A stretch of 63,941 bases of DNA, the filler included, from Neoconidiobolus thromboides FSU 785 (Eukaryota > Fungi > Entomophthoromycota): assembly GCA_025603075.1 (NCBI GenBank). It is 4 parts of 4 records of this genome, joined end to end, with 100 filler letters (N's around TTAATTAATTAA, not from the genome) between each part and the next. Parts side by side here need not be neighbours in the genome. Positions count along the whole stretch, not along the records: positions 20,642 to 51,892 come from MU626481.1; 3 more parts are not named here. One strand, 5' to 3'. The notes under the pieces are model-generated. The model saw only the letters and a list, made by a program, of their open reading frames with translations, ran no database searches and had not been told where the DNA came from. Made by a program: the position numbers and the translations under genes. Below are positions 34,916-46,993 of the stretch, piece after piece (within the stretch, counting starts at the first letter, position 1; each line of letters starts with the position of its first letter).

Positions 34916-36554
34916 TTAATTAAACCCAGATGGCGATAGACACCTTGGTGGTGATAATATAACATCCGTTCTTTCATTTAAATCAATTAATTTACCTGCC
35001 TGATATAACAATTGTTCTTTAAAATTTTGATCAATTTGATGATATTTATCAAATATAATGACTCGATTGGTTGTAATCGCTGAGTAATTAGGATCGGGTA
35101 AAGAGTTTAGATATGAGTTGGAGGGACTAGAAAAGGAGGTAGTCTTGAGACGTTGAGAATCATAATAGGTTTGTTTTATTAAATTCAAAAATTGTTCATC
35201 CATTGATTTCATTACTCTTAGTAGTTCTCGTGTTACTGGTTTACGTTCATTTATTCGTTCTTGTCTATTATTAAATTTGCTTTTTAAGGGATAAATATTT
35301 ATAAAACGTTCTTTTTCAACTTTAAGTTTGGGAGATTTTATGCAAATCTCATTTGCTTCTTTACTTGTTTTTTCTTTTGCTTTCTCAATGCGGGTTATTT
35401 CTATCTGCTGTTTTTTACAATTTTGTTGTTCTTTCTTAGTTTCGATTAGTGCTAATATTTAATTAAATTTAAAATGAAGACTATTATTATTGAAAATTTT
35501 ACATTACCTTTCTTTTTCACTTGTTGAATTTCTTCGTCGGTACTATCTTCACTTGTTTCATCTGAGCTATTGTCTATATTAGCTAAATAAATTAAGTTTT
35601 AAAATTTATTATAAAAGTAGTAAATATAACTTACTTTTTGATTTATTTTGTTTAGTTTTATTATTATTATTGTCATTTTTATTATATTTAGTGATGACTT
35701 TATTATTTTCTTCATTATCTTCTTTATTGTCTATCTCTTCATTACTCAAAAAATTTTGTTTAATTTTTTTTAATTTAATATTTTGAATCAATTGATTTAA
35801 TTCATTTTCGTAATTATCAACTATATTTTCCTTAAAAAATAAAATGATTAATTAACTTTAAAAATAATACAATAAAATAATATTAGATTTACCATAGTAT
35901 TAACTAAATTTTCGTCAATTCCATTAATTTGCTTTATTTTTTTTTTATATTCTTGAGTTAGAATATCTAGTTCTGATATTACTTTAAGATTACTACAGTT
36001 AGACACAGTAGATTGTAATTTATTAGTTTCAATATCATTATCTTTTGATATTTGTATTTTATCTATTTTATCTATTTTATCTATTATAAAAAGTTAGAAT
36101 CTACTTTTACTTTTACTTATAATTTTGAAACTCACTATTTTCTTCTATAAGTTGATTATTATCTGCTATATCAATTTCATCTTCATTCGTTATCCTTGAA
36201 GTTTTATTGTTTACTAAAAAATATATTTGATTTTATTACTCTTTCTTTTAAAAAGAAAAAAGAAAGAATTTACTATTATTTTCACGTTGCTGAAATATAT
36301 CTAATAAAACAAAATAAAATAAAATAAAATAAAATAAAATAAAATAAAATAAAATAAAATAAAATAAAATAAAATAAAATAAAATAAAATAAAAGTTTAC
36401 CTTCAAAAAAAAGGTTCATATTCATCTCTAATATTTCACTTTTAAAATTATCTTCAAATAAAATTTCACTATCTTGATATTGTTTTCCTTTTGTTTCTTC
36501 TGTTATTAACCATGGTTTTGATAAAGTATTGATTTTTTTTCCAGTATGTGGCAT
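34916..36554 (-). CDS. Hypothetical multi-exon protein (charged/coiled-coil); exon structure uncertain
   Basis: ORFs 36282, 35609 and 34916 on the same strand separated by GT-AG introns; no family recognised. Confidence 0.45.
36311..36392. repeat. (AAAAT)n microsatellite, ~16 units, intronic
   Basis: Perfect pentamer run; explains the FYFIL repeats in ORF 36282. Confidence 0.9.
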
Positions 36555-36756
36555 ATCAAGTGGAATAATTGAGATTGAAGTTTAATAAACAAATATTTAA
36601 TTAATTTTTATGAACAATTTAATAAAAAGCTTATTGAAATTAAAAGGAGCGATTTCATTGGTTTAAAAAATTAGCATGAATGAATTTATTTTTCTTATAA
36701 AGAAATTCATTAAAGAAATTCATTCCTTTTCTTTCACTTTTGAATTATTTTCAATA

Positions 36757-37519
36757 ATGGAGTTTAGTTTATTACCTGATTTAATATTAGAACAAATATT
36801 ATCTTATATAAAACCAATTGAACTGTATTTGTTATTAATTATTAATAAACGATTCAATCAATTAATTCAACCTATCTTATCTTCTTATTTCAATTATTCT
36901 ATGATATATAATTATAATAAAAAAGGCAATGAAATTCAATTAAAATATATAAGAAATCATCCTAATAAAATAATTCATTTAATAATTAATAATAAAAATC
37001 AATTAAAGTTATTAAATCAATGTAAAAATATAAGAATATTACAATTCTTACCTTTTACTTTGAATTTAATTAAATTACAAGAATATAATTTTAGTAATTT
37101 TAATAATTTAACTAAATTAATATTTACGGAATCTAATTCATCAATTGATACTTTTTTATTATGTTTTGTTTCAATATTAAATAATATACAAGATTTGGAA
37201 ATTACATACAAATTGATATCATTAGACGATTTATTATTATATTTAAATAAGAATAAATTTAAGAGATTAAAATTAAATAGTGAAAATATACATTTAGATG
37301 GTTTAGAAAAGTTAAAGAAATTCAATAAATTTCATACATTAATTATTAAAGCGGATTATTTAACATTTGATATTAATTATAATGATACAAGTGATTTTTT
37401 AGGATTAAAAACATTAGATATTAATTTAAAAAGAGATTATAATATTGATATTAAATATTTTGGTAATTTAAATCAATTAATAAAAGTAAATCTAAGTTTC
37501 AATTGTAATCAACAAGTAT

Positions 37520-37579
<60 letters not shown>

Positions 37580-38100
37580 TTCAAATATTAGGAATTAAAT
37601 ATAATCAATTTTTAAATTATAATTCATTAATAAATTTTAATAACTTAAATTATTTATGTATTACATGTACAAAAGATATTCACTTAATGTTAATTAAATT
37701 ATTACCAATATTATCAATACAAATATTAGAATTAATAGATATTGTTGGTTATTTTAAATATTTCCAATTAAATCAATATGATTTATTAAATCAAAACTTA
37801 ATAAATGAAGATTATTACAAACAAAATAAGTATAATCAATTAATAAAATCAAAAACAATATTAAAATTAATATTAAAAGTCGGTATAATATCTATTTCCA
37901 ATTTAATTCATTTATTTAACTTAGTTCCTAATTGTAATATCTTATTATTATTATCGATCTTTATTGACAATAGTCTATTGAATTCACCTATTTTAAATAA
38001 CATTCAGAAAGAAATTAATATTTATTCAGATAATCACGATAATTCAATTGTTAATTTAATTCATCAAAATATACCTTTACTTACTTGGCATTTATTATAG
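36757..38100 (+). CDS. F-box protein with LRR-like body and a poly-Asn (AAT)19 tract
   Basis: LLPDLILEQILSYIKPIELYLLLIINKRFNQLI F-box motif; likely start Met 36757 (ORF from 36676). Confidence 0.75.
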
Positions 38101-38277
38101 TTTGTTTAATATTAACATAAAATTAGATGACGTAATTCTCAATTAAATTTAAGGTTCAAATAAAATAGTTCAATAAAATCAATATAAAAAATGCCAATAT
38201 TTATGCCAAGTTTAATATAAAGAAAATTATATAAAATCAAAATAATATTTCTTTAAGATTATTTTTTATTTAATCTA

Positions 38278-39642
38278 ATGATTTTATTTAATATCGACCA
38301 ACTACCTGATTTATTAATACAATGTATCTTTAATTATATTAAACCAATTGAATTATTTCAGTATTTAATATTAAATAAAAGAATAAATAAAATTATTCAA
38401 TATTTAATAAAGATTAATTTGATACAATCTAATTATCATCTTACTAATTCTTATTGTTACAAATTACAACAAAATTATATTGAATTAAATTTCAATTTAA
38501 TAACTCATTTAATTATATCAACAAATGATAGCTATAGATTATTATTATTATGTCCTAATTTAAAGGCCATTAGTTTTTTATTTACACATAAATCTAATAC
38601 AGCAATAATCAATAATTATTTAACAGCTAAATTTAATAAATTAAAACATATTAAACTAAGATATCCAGGACGAATTATTGATGATTTATTATTACAATTA
38701 AAGTCATTATTGTGTATTATAAAAACAATTGATATTGATACTTATTCATTAAAGTTAGATAAATTAATTCAAGTTATTAATTATGATAAAGTAACTTCAA
38801 TCAAAATAAAATGTTTTAAATTAAATTTAGATGGTTTATCAATATTAAAACAATATACTCATCTTACTCAATTGAAATTTATAGTTGATATATTAACTAT
38901 ACCAATAGAATATAATGATACTTTGAATTTTAAAGCATTGAAAGTATTATCTATTATTGCCCGTAAAACTTATTCTTTTCAACCTTATTATTTAGGTGAT
39001 TTATCTCAATTAATTCATTTAGAACTTTATTTAAATCAATTTAATGATTATCAAGCCATAACCCCTTCTATTTCTACTTTTACTTCTATTTCTACTTCTA
39101 CTTCTACTTCTACTTCTACTGCAATCCCCTCTGTCCCAATTATTAACTTGAATTTAAAAAAATTAGGATTTATTCAATATGATTTTTTAATTATTAATAA
39201 TTATTTAGCTTCTATGATAAGTTTAAATCATATAATTATTAAGTTTAGTGATGAATTTTATGCAGTATTATCGGTCATATTAACCCTTCCTAATCTCCAA
39301 AGCCTTGAATTCCTTTCTCTATGTTTTTACAAACAATCATTAGCAACAAAAACTGACACATCTATACTCTCCCTCCAAAGTATGTCTTTAACCTCCAACT
39401 TCAATATTACGAAATTAACATTTAATTCGTCCACTTTTTCAATCAAGTTGATGTTCTCGTTACTTGCTTTATTTCCCAATTTATCTTTATTACAATTGAT
39501 TAATTGTACCATTCAAGAAGTGGATTTAGGTCCCTATAATATGGAAACAAGGAATGAGTTGACAATTCAATATGATAAAAAATCCATGATATTTTATAAT
39601 ACGTTGAATCAAGTACAAGGCTTGAAATGGCAATTAATTTGA
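38278..39642 (+). CDS. F-box protein, tandem paralog of 36757, with an (ACTTCT)n Ser-Thr tract
   Basis: QLPDLLIQCIFNYIKPIELFQYLILNKRINKII; shared LNLDGL..LK and EYNDT.DF..LK.L blocks. Confidence 0.75.
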   Translation: MILFNIDQLPDLLIQCIFNYIKPIELFQYLILNKRINKIIQYLIKINLIQSNYHLTNSYCYKLQQNYIELNFNLITHLIISTNDSYRLLLLCPNLKAISFLFTHKSNTAIINNYLTAKFNKLKHIKLRYPGRIIDDLLLQLKSLLCIIKTIDIDTYSLKLDKLIQVINYDKVTSIKIKCFKLNLDGLSILKQYTHLTQLKFIVDILTIPIEYNDTLNFKALKVLSIIARKTYSFQPYYLGDLSQLIHLELYLNQFNDYQAITPSISTFTSISTSTSTSTSTAIPSVPIINLNLKKLGFIQYDFLIINNYLASMISLNHIIIKFSDEFYAVLSVILTLPNLQSLEFLSLCFYKQSLATKTDTSILSLQSMSLTSNFNITKLTFNSSTFSIKLMFSLLALFPNLSLLQLINCTIQEVDLGPYNMETRNELTIQYDKKSMIFYNTLNQVQGLKWQLI

Positions 39643-39735
39643 TAATTTTTTTAAAAATAAAACTAGCTTCTTTTATAATGTATTCGTTAAACATTAATCT
39701 ATGGAAAAAATAAAGTCAAAAAATTTCAATATTCA

Positions 39736-39807
39736 AGGGCGCACCCGGATTTGAACCAGGGACCTATCGATCTGCAGTCGATTGCTCTACCACTGAGCTA
39801 TACGCCC
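39736..39807 (-). tRNA. tRNA-Cys(GCA), identical to 34719-34790, inverted
   Basis: Exact reverse complement of the first copy. Confidence 0.95.
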
Positions 39808-40106
39808 ATTTTATACTTATTAAGTAAGACGTAATAAAACTAAATATAAATTAATTTTTTTTCTAAAAAACATTAAATAATGATAACAACTTTAAAATAG
39901 AATAAAACTATAAAATAATCTAGGTTAGTAAAAAGGATATTGATATCTTTTTATTAATTATAAATCTTCAATCATTTATATTAATTATATCAGTATATAG
40001 ATTAAGTCAATATCCTAGTTTTAATTTAGTTTTAATTGATATTGATTGCCTGTATGCTAAAGTAAAATTAAAGCATTAAAATTCATTATTAATTAATTAG
40101 ATAATT

Positions 40107-41301
40107 CTAATGTCTTACCATATATCGGTTTTTTATATTTATAATCTTTATCTTATCTTCATTCTTCTCTAACTCAGTTTCAAATAATAAACAAAAATTA
40201 TGCTTTAAAAAAGGACCTAATGGATTGAATTTAGATTCCATATTCTTTACAACATGAGTGGTAATCTAATTTAACATTGAATTTATCCCATTTATTAATA
40301 AACTAAAAGTATTAAAATATTGATTTCACTTACGATCACTGTAATCTGATATTGTTTAGCTATTCTTCTCAATGAAGAGATCAATTCCCAAGCTATTAAA
40401 TGCATGGAATTTTTCATTAACTCCAAATTTGCTGCATAGAGAAGTAATTGATCTATATTATCTAGTAATAGAAGGGTATTATAAAATTCATACTTGGCTA
40501 AAAAATTCATTAAAGTTTCATAATTAAAAAATCGAATTAATTGAATTCTAGTTAAGAGACAAGTGATATCATTGGAACAAGTGGATTTTTGAAGAAGTAG
40601 ATAATGTAATTTTTTATAATTAATATCGCCTTTTAGGTCAATGATGACTACCTTTTGATTACTTGATAATAGATGTGTGATCGCTAATTGAAGTAATATC
40701 TATTATGGTTAATAATCTAATTATAATTATAGATTAAGTTTTTTTATTTACTTGTGTTTTTCCACTACCACTTATACCTTCAATACCAATTAATCGATTA
40801 ACATTAAATATATTCAATTCTTTAAAATAATTGTATAAATCATTCCTTATCATAAACCTTAATTCCCCTTCTTTTAAAATAAAACCAAAACTATTTACCT
40901 AATTCTAGTATTCAATTGTACCCTATTTTCATTACACTCCCTTTGTTTTATTTGTAATAATTCAAAACCATTAACTATTTTCTCTTGAATTAAGTTTTGT
41001 TTTGATTTCCTTTGTTTTAATACTTCCATAATTGCATACAACTCTTTAAAATATTCAAATTGTTTGGTCTCCCTACCTTTTAGTAATTCAATTAAACTGG
41101 CCAAATTATACTTTTCTTGGCCCAATAATTGATACAATTGATAATCTATAATTCATTAATTAGTGATAATAGTCAGTGTAGGGATTGGAAAATACCATAT
41201 TCAATTCCTTGTTTTAATAACGCTTGTAAACAAAGTTGAATTTTTAAGTCTGGATTTGAAAGCTGACTTTGAATATAAGCTTGTAATTGAAGTAGTTTCA
41301 T
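40107..41301 (-). CDS. Divergent RecA/Rad51-family paralog (RAD51D/XRCC-like), multi-exon
   Basis: Walker A LIGIEGISGSGKTQ, KVVIIDLKG, Walker B LLLLDNID, LRRIAKQYQITVIV. Confidence 0.7.
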
Positions 41302-42343
41302 TATGAAATCAAAGTTACAATAAATTTTGAAAATTTAAAATTCAAATAAAGTTAACTATTTTTTTAAAGTTATTTTTAATAAACTATGTAATAGCTTAAA
41401 AACTTAATTGATTAGAAGAATTTGGTTGGTTTCTTAAATATAGAAAAAAAATAGAAACATAATCAATATTCTAATCAAAACAACATTATTTTTATTTACA
41501 AAATAAACAATTGATTATTCATAATACAACTGTATCAAAAGATGACATTTAGAAAAGTTATTATAGTATAACTAATCCTAAAAAAACCAACCTTAGAAAT
41601 TTTACTATAACCCATTAAACACGACTTAAACTTAATATTAGTTACATTATTAAACTAAGCAATCTTAACTATGGGTATTGAAACGATAAGAAAGTAATGA
41701 ATTCCTAAAATAAACATATTAAATAATAATTATTCATCATAATCATCCGGAGACTATTATGGGATTCGTTAAAGTAACCAATGATATCAAAATTGATAAC
41801 TTACAATTCATTTTGGTTATTGTTCTTGAATATAAAATATTTAAATGTTGCTTTTAAATTTATTAAGTGCGACATTATTGCTATTCTTAATAATAAAGTA
41901 TGAAATCTTTTTAAGTAATTAAATTTTTTTAAACAAGTTCAGAATCATAGGAGTTTACGAGTTGTAACACTAAATATTATTACTGCCAAAAATGAGTTAT
42001 TTATTCAGAAATTGGTTTTAGTATGTTGTAGTTAATAAAACTCTCAATTATTTTTAGTAAAAAAAAGAATGATTACTTATGAAATGGGCTTATTCAACAA
42101 AATGACAGTTGAATTTTATTCAAAAAAGATTGATGTTAGAATTAACAAAATGGCAAGCTAAAGTTAGAAAAATACTAATAAAATCCTTAAAATAACGCCA
42201 ATAAGGGAATTAAATAACAGTTAAAAATCAATGAGGAAATTAAGTATAACGATTTTATTTTATTATATATAATGAAATATCTTATCTTTGATTCAACTTT
42301 TTTTATATATCTATCCATTTTTAATATTGATATTAACTATAAA

Positions 42344-43351
42344 ATGATGATTACTTATACTCTAATATTTTATTTGATTCAATTAATACTTAGTCAATGT
42401 AATCAAGTAGTAATGAGACGAGAGATCCGAGAATTAAGTAGTGGCGAATTGAATGAATATATGAATGCTATTCGTACATTAAATAGTGGACCTAAACCCA
42501 CACGGTATGATGAATTTGCCCGAATTCATTTAGAAAATGCGCCCTTTGCCCATGGAACTATCCAATTTTTAGTATGGCATCGAGAATATATATTACAGTT
42601 TGAGCAATTATTACGTACAATATCACCAAATATTGTATTACCTTATTGGGATTGGTCTATTGATTTTCAAGATCCAGCAAGTTCCTCTGTTTTACAAAGT
42701 TTTATGCTTGGTGGTAATGGTAATCCAGACAATGAAAATTGTGTAGAAAATGGAATCTTTGGAAATATGTTAATGAGTTATCCAAGACAACATTGTTTAA
42801 AAAGACAATATGATTTAGGTAATCGAATGAGTAATTTTTTTAGTACCAATTCTTTATTAAATATGATCCGTAATTCCAATTCTTATCAACGGTTTAATAA
42901 TGATATTGAAATGTTACCTCATGCAAGGGTTCATGTTAATTTAGGTGGTAATGAGGGTGATATGAGTTATATGTTTTCAACTAATGATCCATTATTTTGG
43001 TTACATCATACTTTTATTGATAAAATCTATTATGAATGGCAACAGCAACATCCCTCTTTGGCAACTAGTTTTCCAGGAGATAATAATCAACCTATTCCTG
43101 GTTTTGGTACCCCTGTTTCTCAAGTATTAAATACAACTGGTGGCGGTAGATATTGTTATACTTATGCAAGATTCCAAGGTGCTCCTGGTAACGCCCTTGC
43201 TTTTGATATGCAAGATGAAATGGAAGATTCCGCTAAGTTGGATAATTCCAAAGTTAAACCTTTACCAGATGATTGGATCTTAAGAAATAATTTAAATCCG
43301 GCGGAAGTTCGTGCTTTAGAACAGGAATGGGGTATCGGTGAAAGTATTTAA
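42344..43351 (+). CDS. Secreted tyrosinase / di-copper-centre protein (likely start MMITY; ORF from 42272)
   Basis: CuA AHGTIQFLVWHREYI, CuB PHARVH...NDPLFWLHHTFIDKIYYEWQ; signal peptide. Confidence 0.9.
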   Translation: MMITYTLIFYLIQLILSQCNQVVMRREIRELSSGELNEYMNAIRTLNSGPKPTRYDEFARIHLENAPFAHGTIQFLVWHREYILQFEQLLRTISPNIVLPYWDWSIDFQDPASSSVLQSFMLGGNGNPDNENCVENGIFGNMLMSYPRQHCLKRQYDLGNRMSNFFSTNSLLNMIRNSNSYQRFNNDIEMLPHARVHVNLGGNEGDMSYMFSTNDPLFWLHHTFIDKIYYEWQQQHPSLATSFPGDNNQPIPGFGTPVSQVLNTTGGGRYCYTYARFQGAPGNALAFDMQDEMEDSAKLDNSKVKPLPDDWILRNNLNPAEVRALEQEWGIGESI

Positions 43352-43684
43352 GTCATGATTCCTTTTTGTTTACCATTTTCTCTTTTTGCATTCAATTTAT
43401 CATATTAATAAAGCATTCATTTTAGAACATTAGCTATACCATATAATATTATTTTTATTTTAGTTTTATCATACTTTAGTATTTTCTATTACAAGTTACT
43501 ATAGTTTGTTATATCTATCACATGTAGTTTTATGGATTAGCGGTTGGTTAAAATTTTTAACATTCAATTCAATGACATCTTATAACATGAGTTTATAATC
43601 AACTGTAAATTGTAAAATTCATTAAAATAAATTTAAAATAAATCTAAAATAAATTAAAGTTTGTTTATAACATCAATTATAATT

Positions 43685-44543
43685 TTAATTATATAAAATA
43701 ACAAGGAACATATAAGCAAGTGGTATTATTTTAAAATTTAAATAGCTAGTACGAACATGAAACCAAAGTAAAGTCAATGTGAATAGTATTTTAATATTAT
43801 ATAGGTAATCGTATATTTTAAGCATAGTTATAAAGTAATCTTCCTTGTCAGAGTTTCTTATGGTGCTATCTGCCTTTTCGAACTTATTTAAAAAGATTGT
43901 TTTACTTAAAAACAACAGTGAAGTAAAAATATGTTGAAATTGTAATAGAAATGTTGAGCAAAAGGTACAATATTTATTATCAAATAAAAAACCAGAAGTA
44001 TTCATAATCAAAGGAATTAAATGAAGTGAATAACTCATAATAAGGATCATTTAATAAGCGGTTAATTAAAATATAACTCTACATTATAAGCTTGAATTTT
44101 TTTTTAAAACTGTATTGCTCTGATTTGTATTTTTTAATGATTATGTACATAATAGTAGTCAAATAAATTGTAGGAAGAATGATTGCTATGAAAATAAGTG
44201 AATTAAAGGCAATTAAAATAACTACTATTATATGCTTGGGGTTGTAATGAATAACCTAATATCTTTAATTTTTTTTTATATTTCATAGAAGTAAACTGTA
44301 CCAAATAGAAACAGTAGTAACAGTTGTGGTATAAAGCATTGAAAGGAAAGCGCTAAATATAAGTATGGAAACTGATACAAGAAAGGTATGGTTTGGATAG
44401 TCAAAAATATCAACCATATTAGCTATATTAAATAGCATATCATTTGGTAGTATAACAATTGATAGCTTAAATACAAGTAAGTCATGCGTTGCTTTGAGTA
44501 ACACTCTAGCGGTTTTGAAAACCATATGCTTATCAATAGTCAT
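43685..44543 (-). pseudogene. Broken multi-TM membrane protein gene, possibly a distant 7TM relic
   Basis: Two hydrophobic ORFs (44283, 43685) joined by a frameshifted region with stops; loop Cys KYC before a TM segment. Confidence 0.35.
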
Positions 44544-45382
44544 TGGTAAAACTTTTTAAAATATATAAATTGCTAATGATAAGTTTTACAAACGTAAATA
44601 ATAGTTGTTTCATAAACTTTAAAAGGATTAAAAAACTCCTAAGTGCTTTGTTTCATATAGAAACAAATACTAAGAATAGGGAGATAGATACATAAAACAG
44701 AATATCATTCTTTAAAAAATGTGAGTAGCTATTACATTGACAGAAACCAAAAAAGTTCTTTTCTAATTTTCAGCTGATAAAGCATAAAATAAGTAAATTT
44801 CTGTTTCATTATATATTTATTTAAAAAAATAGCTGAAAATTGGAGCTACTGTAATATTTGTTTAAGTGCAAAAAGCGATTTTAACAGTATGGGGAGATGG
44901 GGTATAAAGTCAAAGTAATTATGAAGGAAGCAGCACACACCAAAAGAAAAATAATCAAGGAAAGGTAAAAATCACGAAATGGTTAAAATTATTTGTAAAA
45001 CAATCTAGCTTTTACTAAGATAGAAAGGTAAATTAGGATGATAAATTGTATTTAATGAATTATCTAAAAATTCAATTAGATTACAAAAAAAAACACGTTT
45101 ATCTTAAATCACCTGTCAATTCATTAAACCCTTTAATTATATCGAGGTCTCTTATAGCATCAATGCTATTCCTTTTGTAAAAATCATTACAATGATATTT
45201 ATGCAAACGTTCTTGTAAGTTTAGTTTGGGCTCAATTAGTATATCGCTTTCAACATTAGAAGGGGTATTCAAAGTATCAAAAATTGTTGATTGAGTTAAA
45301 TCATATCGCCCGCCTTTTCCTTTTGAACAAGGATAAAAGTAATTTTGAATAATTTGTATATTGGCTAAAATAAAATAAAAAA

Positions 45383-46419
45383 TTAGCTAAATTTAAACAA
45401 TATCCAAATGTTTTTACATTCAATATAATTTATCCCAACCAACCAATTAAAATAGCCATTATCCCATAAACAATTTGAATATGGGAAGTTTGAACATGTG
45501 ACAGTGATTACTAATATCATTTTCTTTTCGTTTTGTTGTATGTTTAATAAGGTTAACTGATAATCTACTGGCCTTTTAAAGTTAAATCGCTTTGGTAATT
45601 TTCCCAATAAGTAATTCAACACAAAATCAATATTAAAAGAAAGAATATTTTTTTGGACCTGAATGTTTCTATTTATCCTAAAATTAGATGTTCTCTCTGT
45701 TGAGTATATAAATAATTCATCACTAAGTTGCTCAATTTCGTTTAGACTTACTAACATTATTTGATATTTTGTTTGATATAAAAGCACCCCTTCCATACTG
45801 AATATTCCCTCCTTTACATCAAAACTATTTGGAATATCCATTTCGTTTAGTTCTATTTGTTTCCATAACTGAGAATCATATTTACTGGTCAAAATGAAAA
45901 GTTTTCTAATAGTTTTTGATTCCATTGCTATGAACATTTGTTTGTTATTCTTTAAAATTGATAATGAAATATTAAGTAGTGGTAAACCTTCTGTTAATTT
46001 GATCTCGTTAATTTTTTCAACTTGACAGAGCACTGAAAACTTAAACACCCTTAGAACATTTTCAAACAATGGCTCTGTACTACTGTTATTTTCCATCGAA
46101 GTACTTTGATATGTAACTAAAATATAAAAACATTTAACATGAGAAAATGAGCTTATTTACCTAGATAATCTCCATCCAACGTAAATCCAAGGATAGACCC
46201 TTTTTTTAATTCTTCATCTTTATCAAGAATGTCATCAATTTTAATTTTTCTACTTATTGGTGATATTCTAGAATTTGATAATATTTTGCTGTCTGTCGGG
46301 TTACTCAGTTGAATTTTTCTATTTAATAAATACTTTGAAAGTTGAAAACGCTTTCTTCTTAGTTTGGAGTTGTTCATCCTAATTTGTTTTATTACATGTA
46401 TTTTATTAAATTGAACCAA
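45383..46419 (-). CDS. Putative DCAF15-like DDB1/CUL4 substrate receptor; may extend with further exons to ~45100
   Basis: Spliced reading ISPISRKIKIDDILDKDEELKKGSILGFTLDGDYLVTY...ENVLRVFKFSVLCQVEKINEIKL resembles the DCAF15 N-terminus as I recall it (LGFS.CGRYVLSY...LYWWEFN....LKLVRQVRL). Confidence 0.4.
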
Positions 46420-46522
46420 AAGATAAGCTTAAATTTTTATTGAACTAATGTAATATTTTTATAAGCTTTAGGGATATGTCTTCTGATTGGTTAATCCAAG
46501 TTCAATAAGATTTTATAACAAA

Positions 46523-46582
46523 ACGCGTATTTTAGATAATTATTGCCCAAACAAATTCTCCAATAGAAAGGCTAAAACGCGA
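46523..46582. promoter_or_regulatory. Two AAAACGCG MCB-like boxes upstream of the DCAF15-like gene
   Basis: ACGCGT at 46523 and ACGCGA at 46577 in a CG-poor background. Confidence 0.35.
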
Positions 46583-46993
46583 TTTTGGAAATTTGCTAAA
46601 TTAACGTTATGGTGGTCTGAAAAAACCAATGGATTTATTCAAATTGCTACATTCGAATGCTGAGATGCAAGTTAATTATAATTCAGTTTAAGATAGATGT
46701 TTGACTTAAAGAGTGTCTTTACAAGAATAAAATCCCTTAGTCTATTAATGTTAATTAAACGCATTTTTTAGGCATTTTAATGGTTAGGGATCATATATTG
46801 AAATTTTCAATGGTCATTAGTAAGTTTACAAACTAATAAAATCAACTTGTTTTTCAATGCTAATATATGAAATATGTTAGATAGTGTTTTTAGGGTATAG
46901 AGGTTAGTAAAAATATAGGTAACTATTTTTAAATTGCTTTAATGTAATTGACAAATATAATAATTAACTTTTTATTCTAAATATACAAAACTA

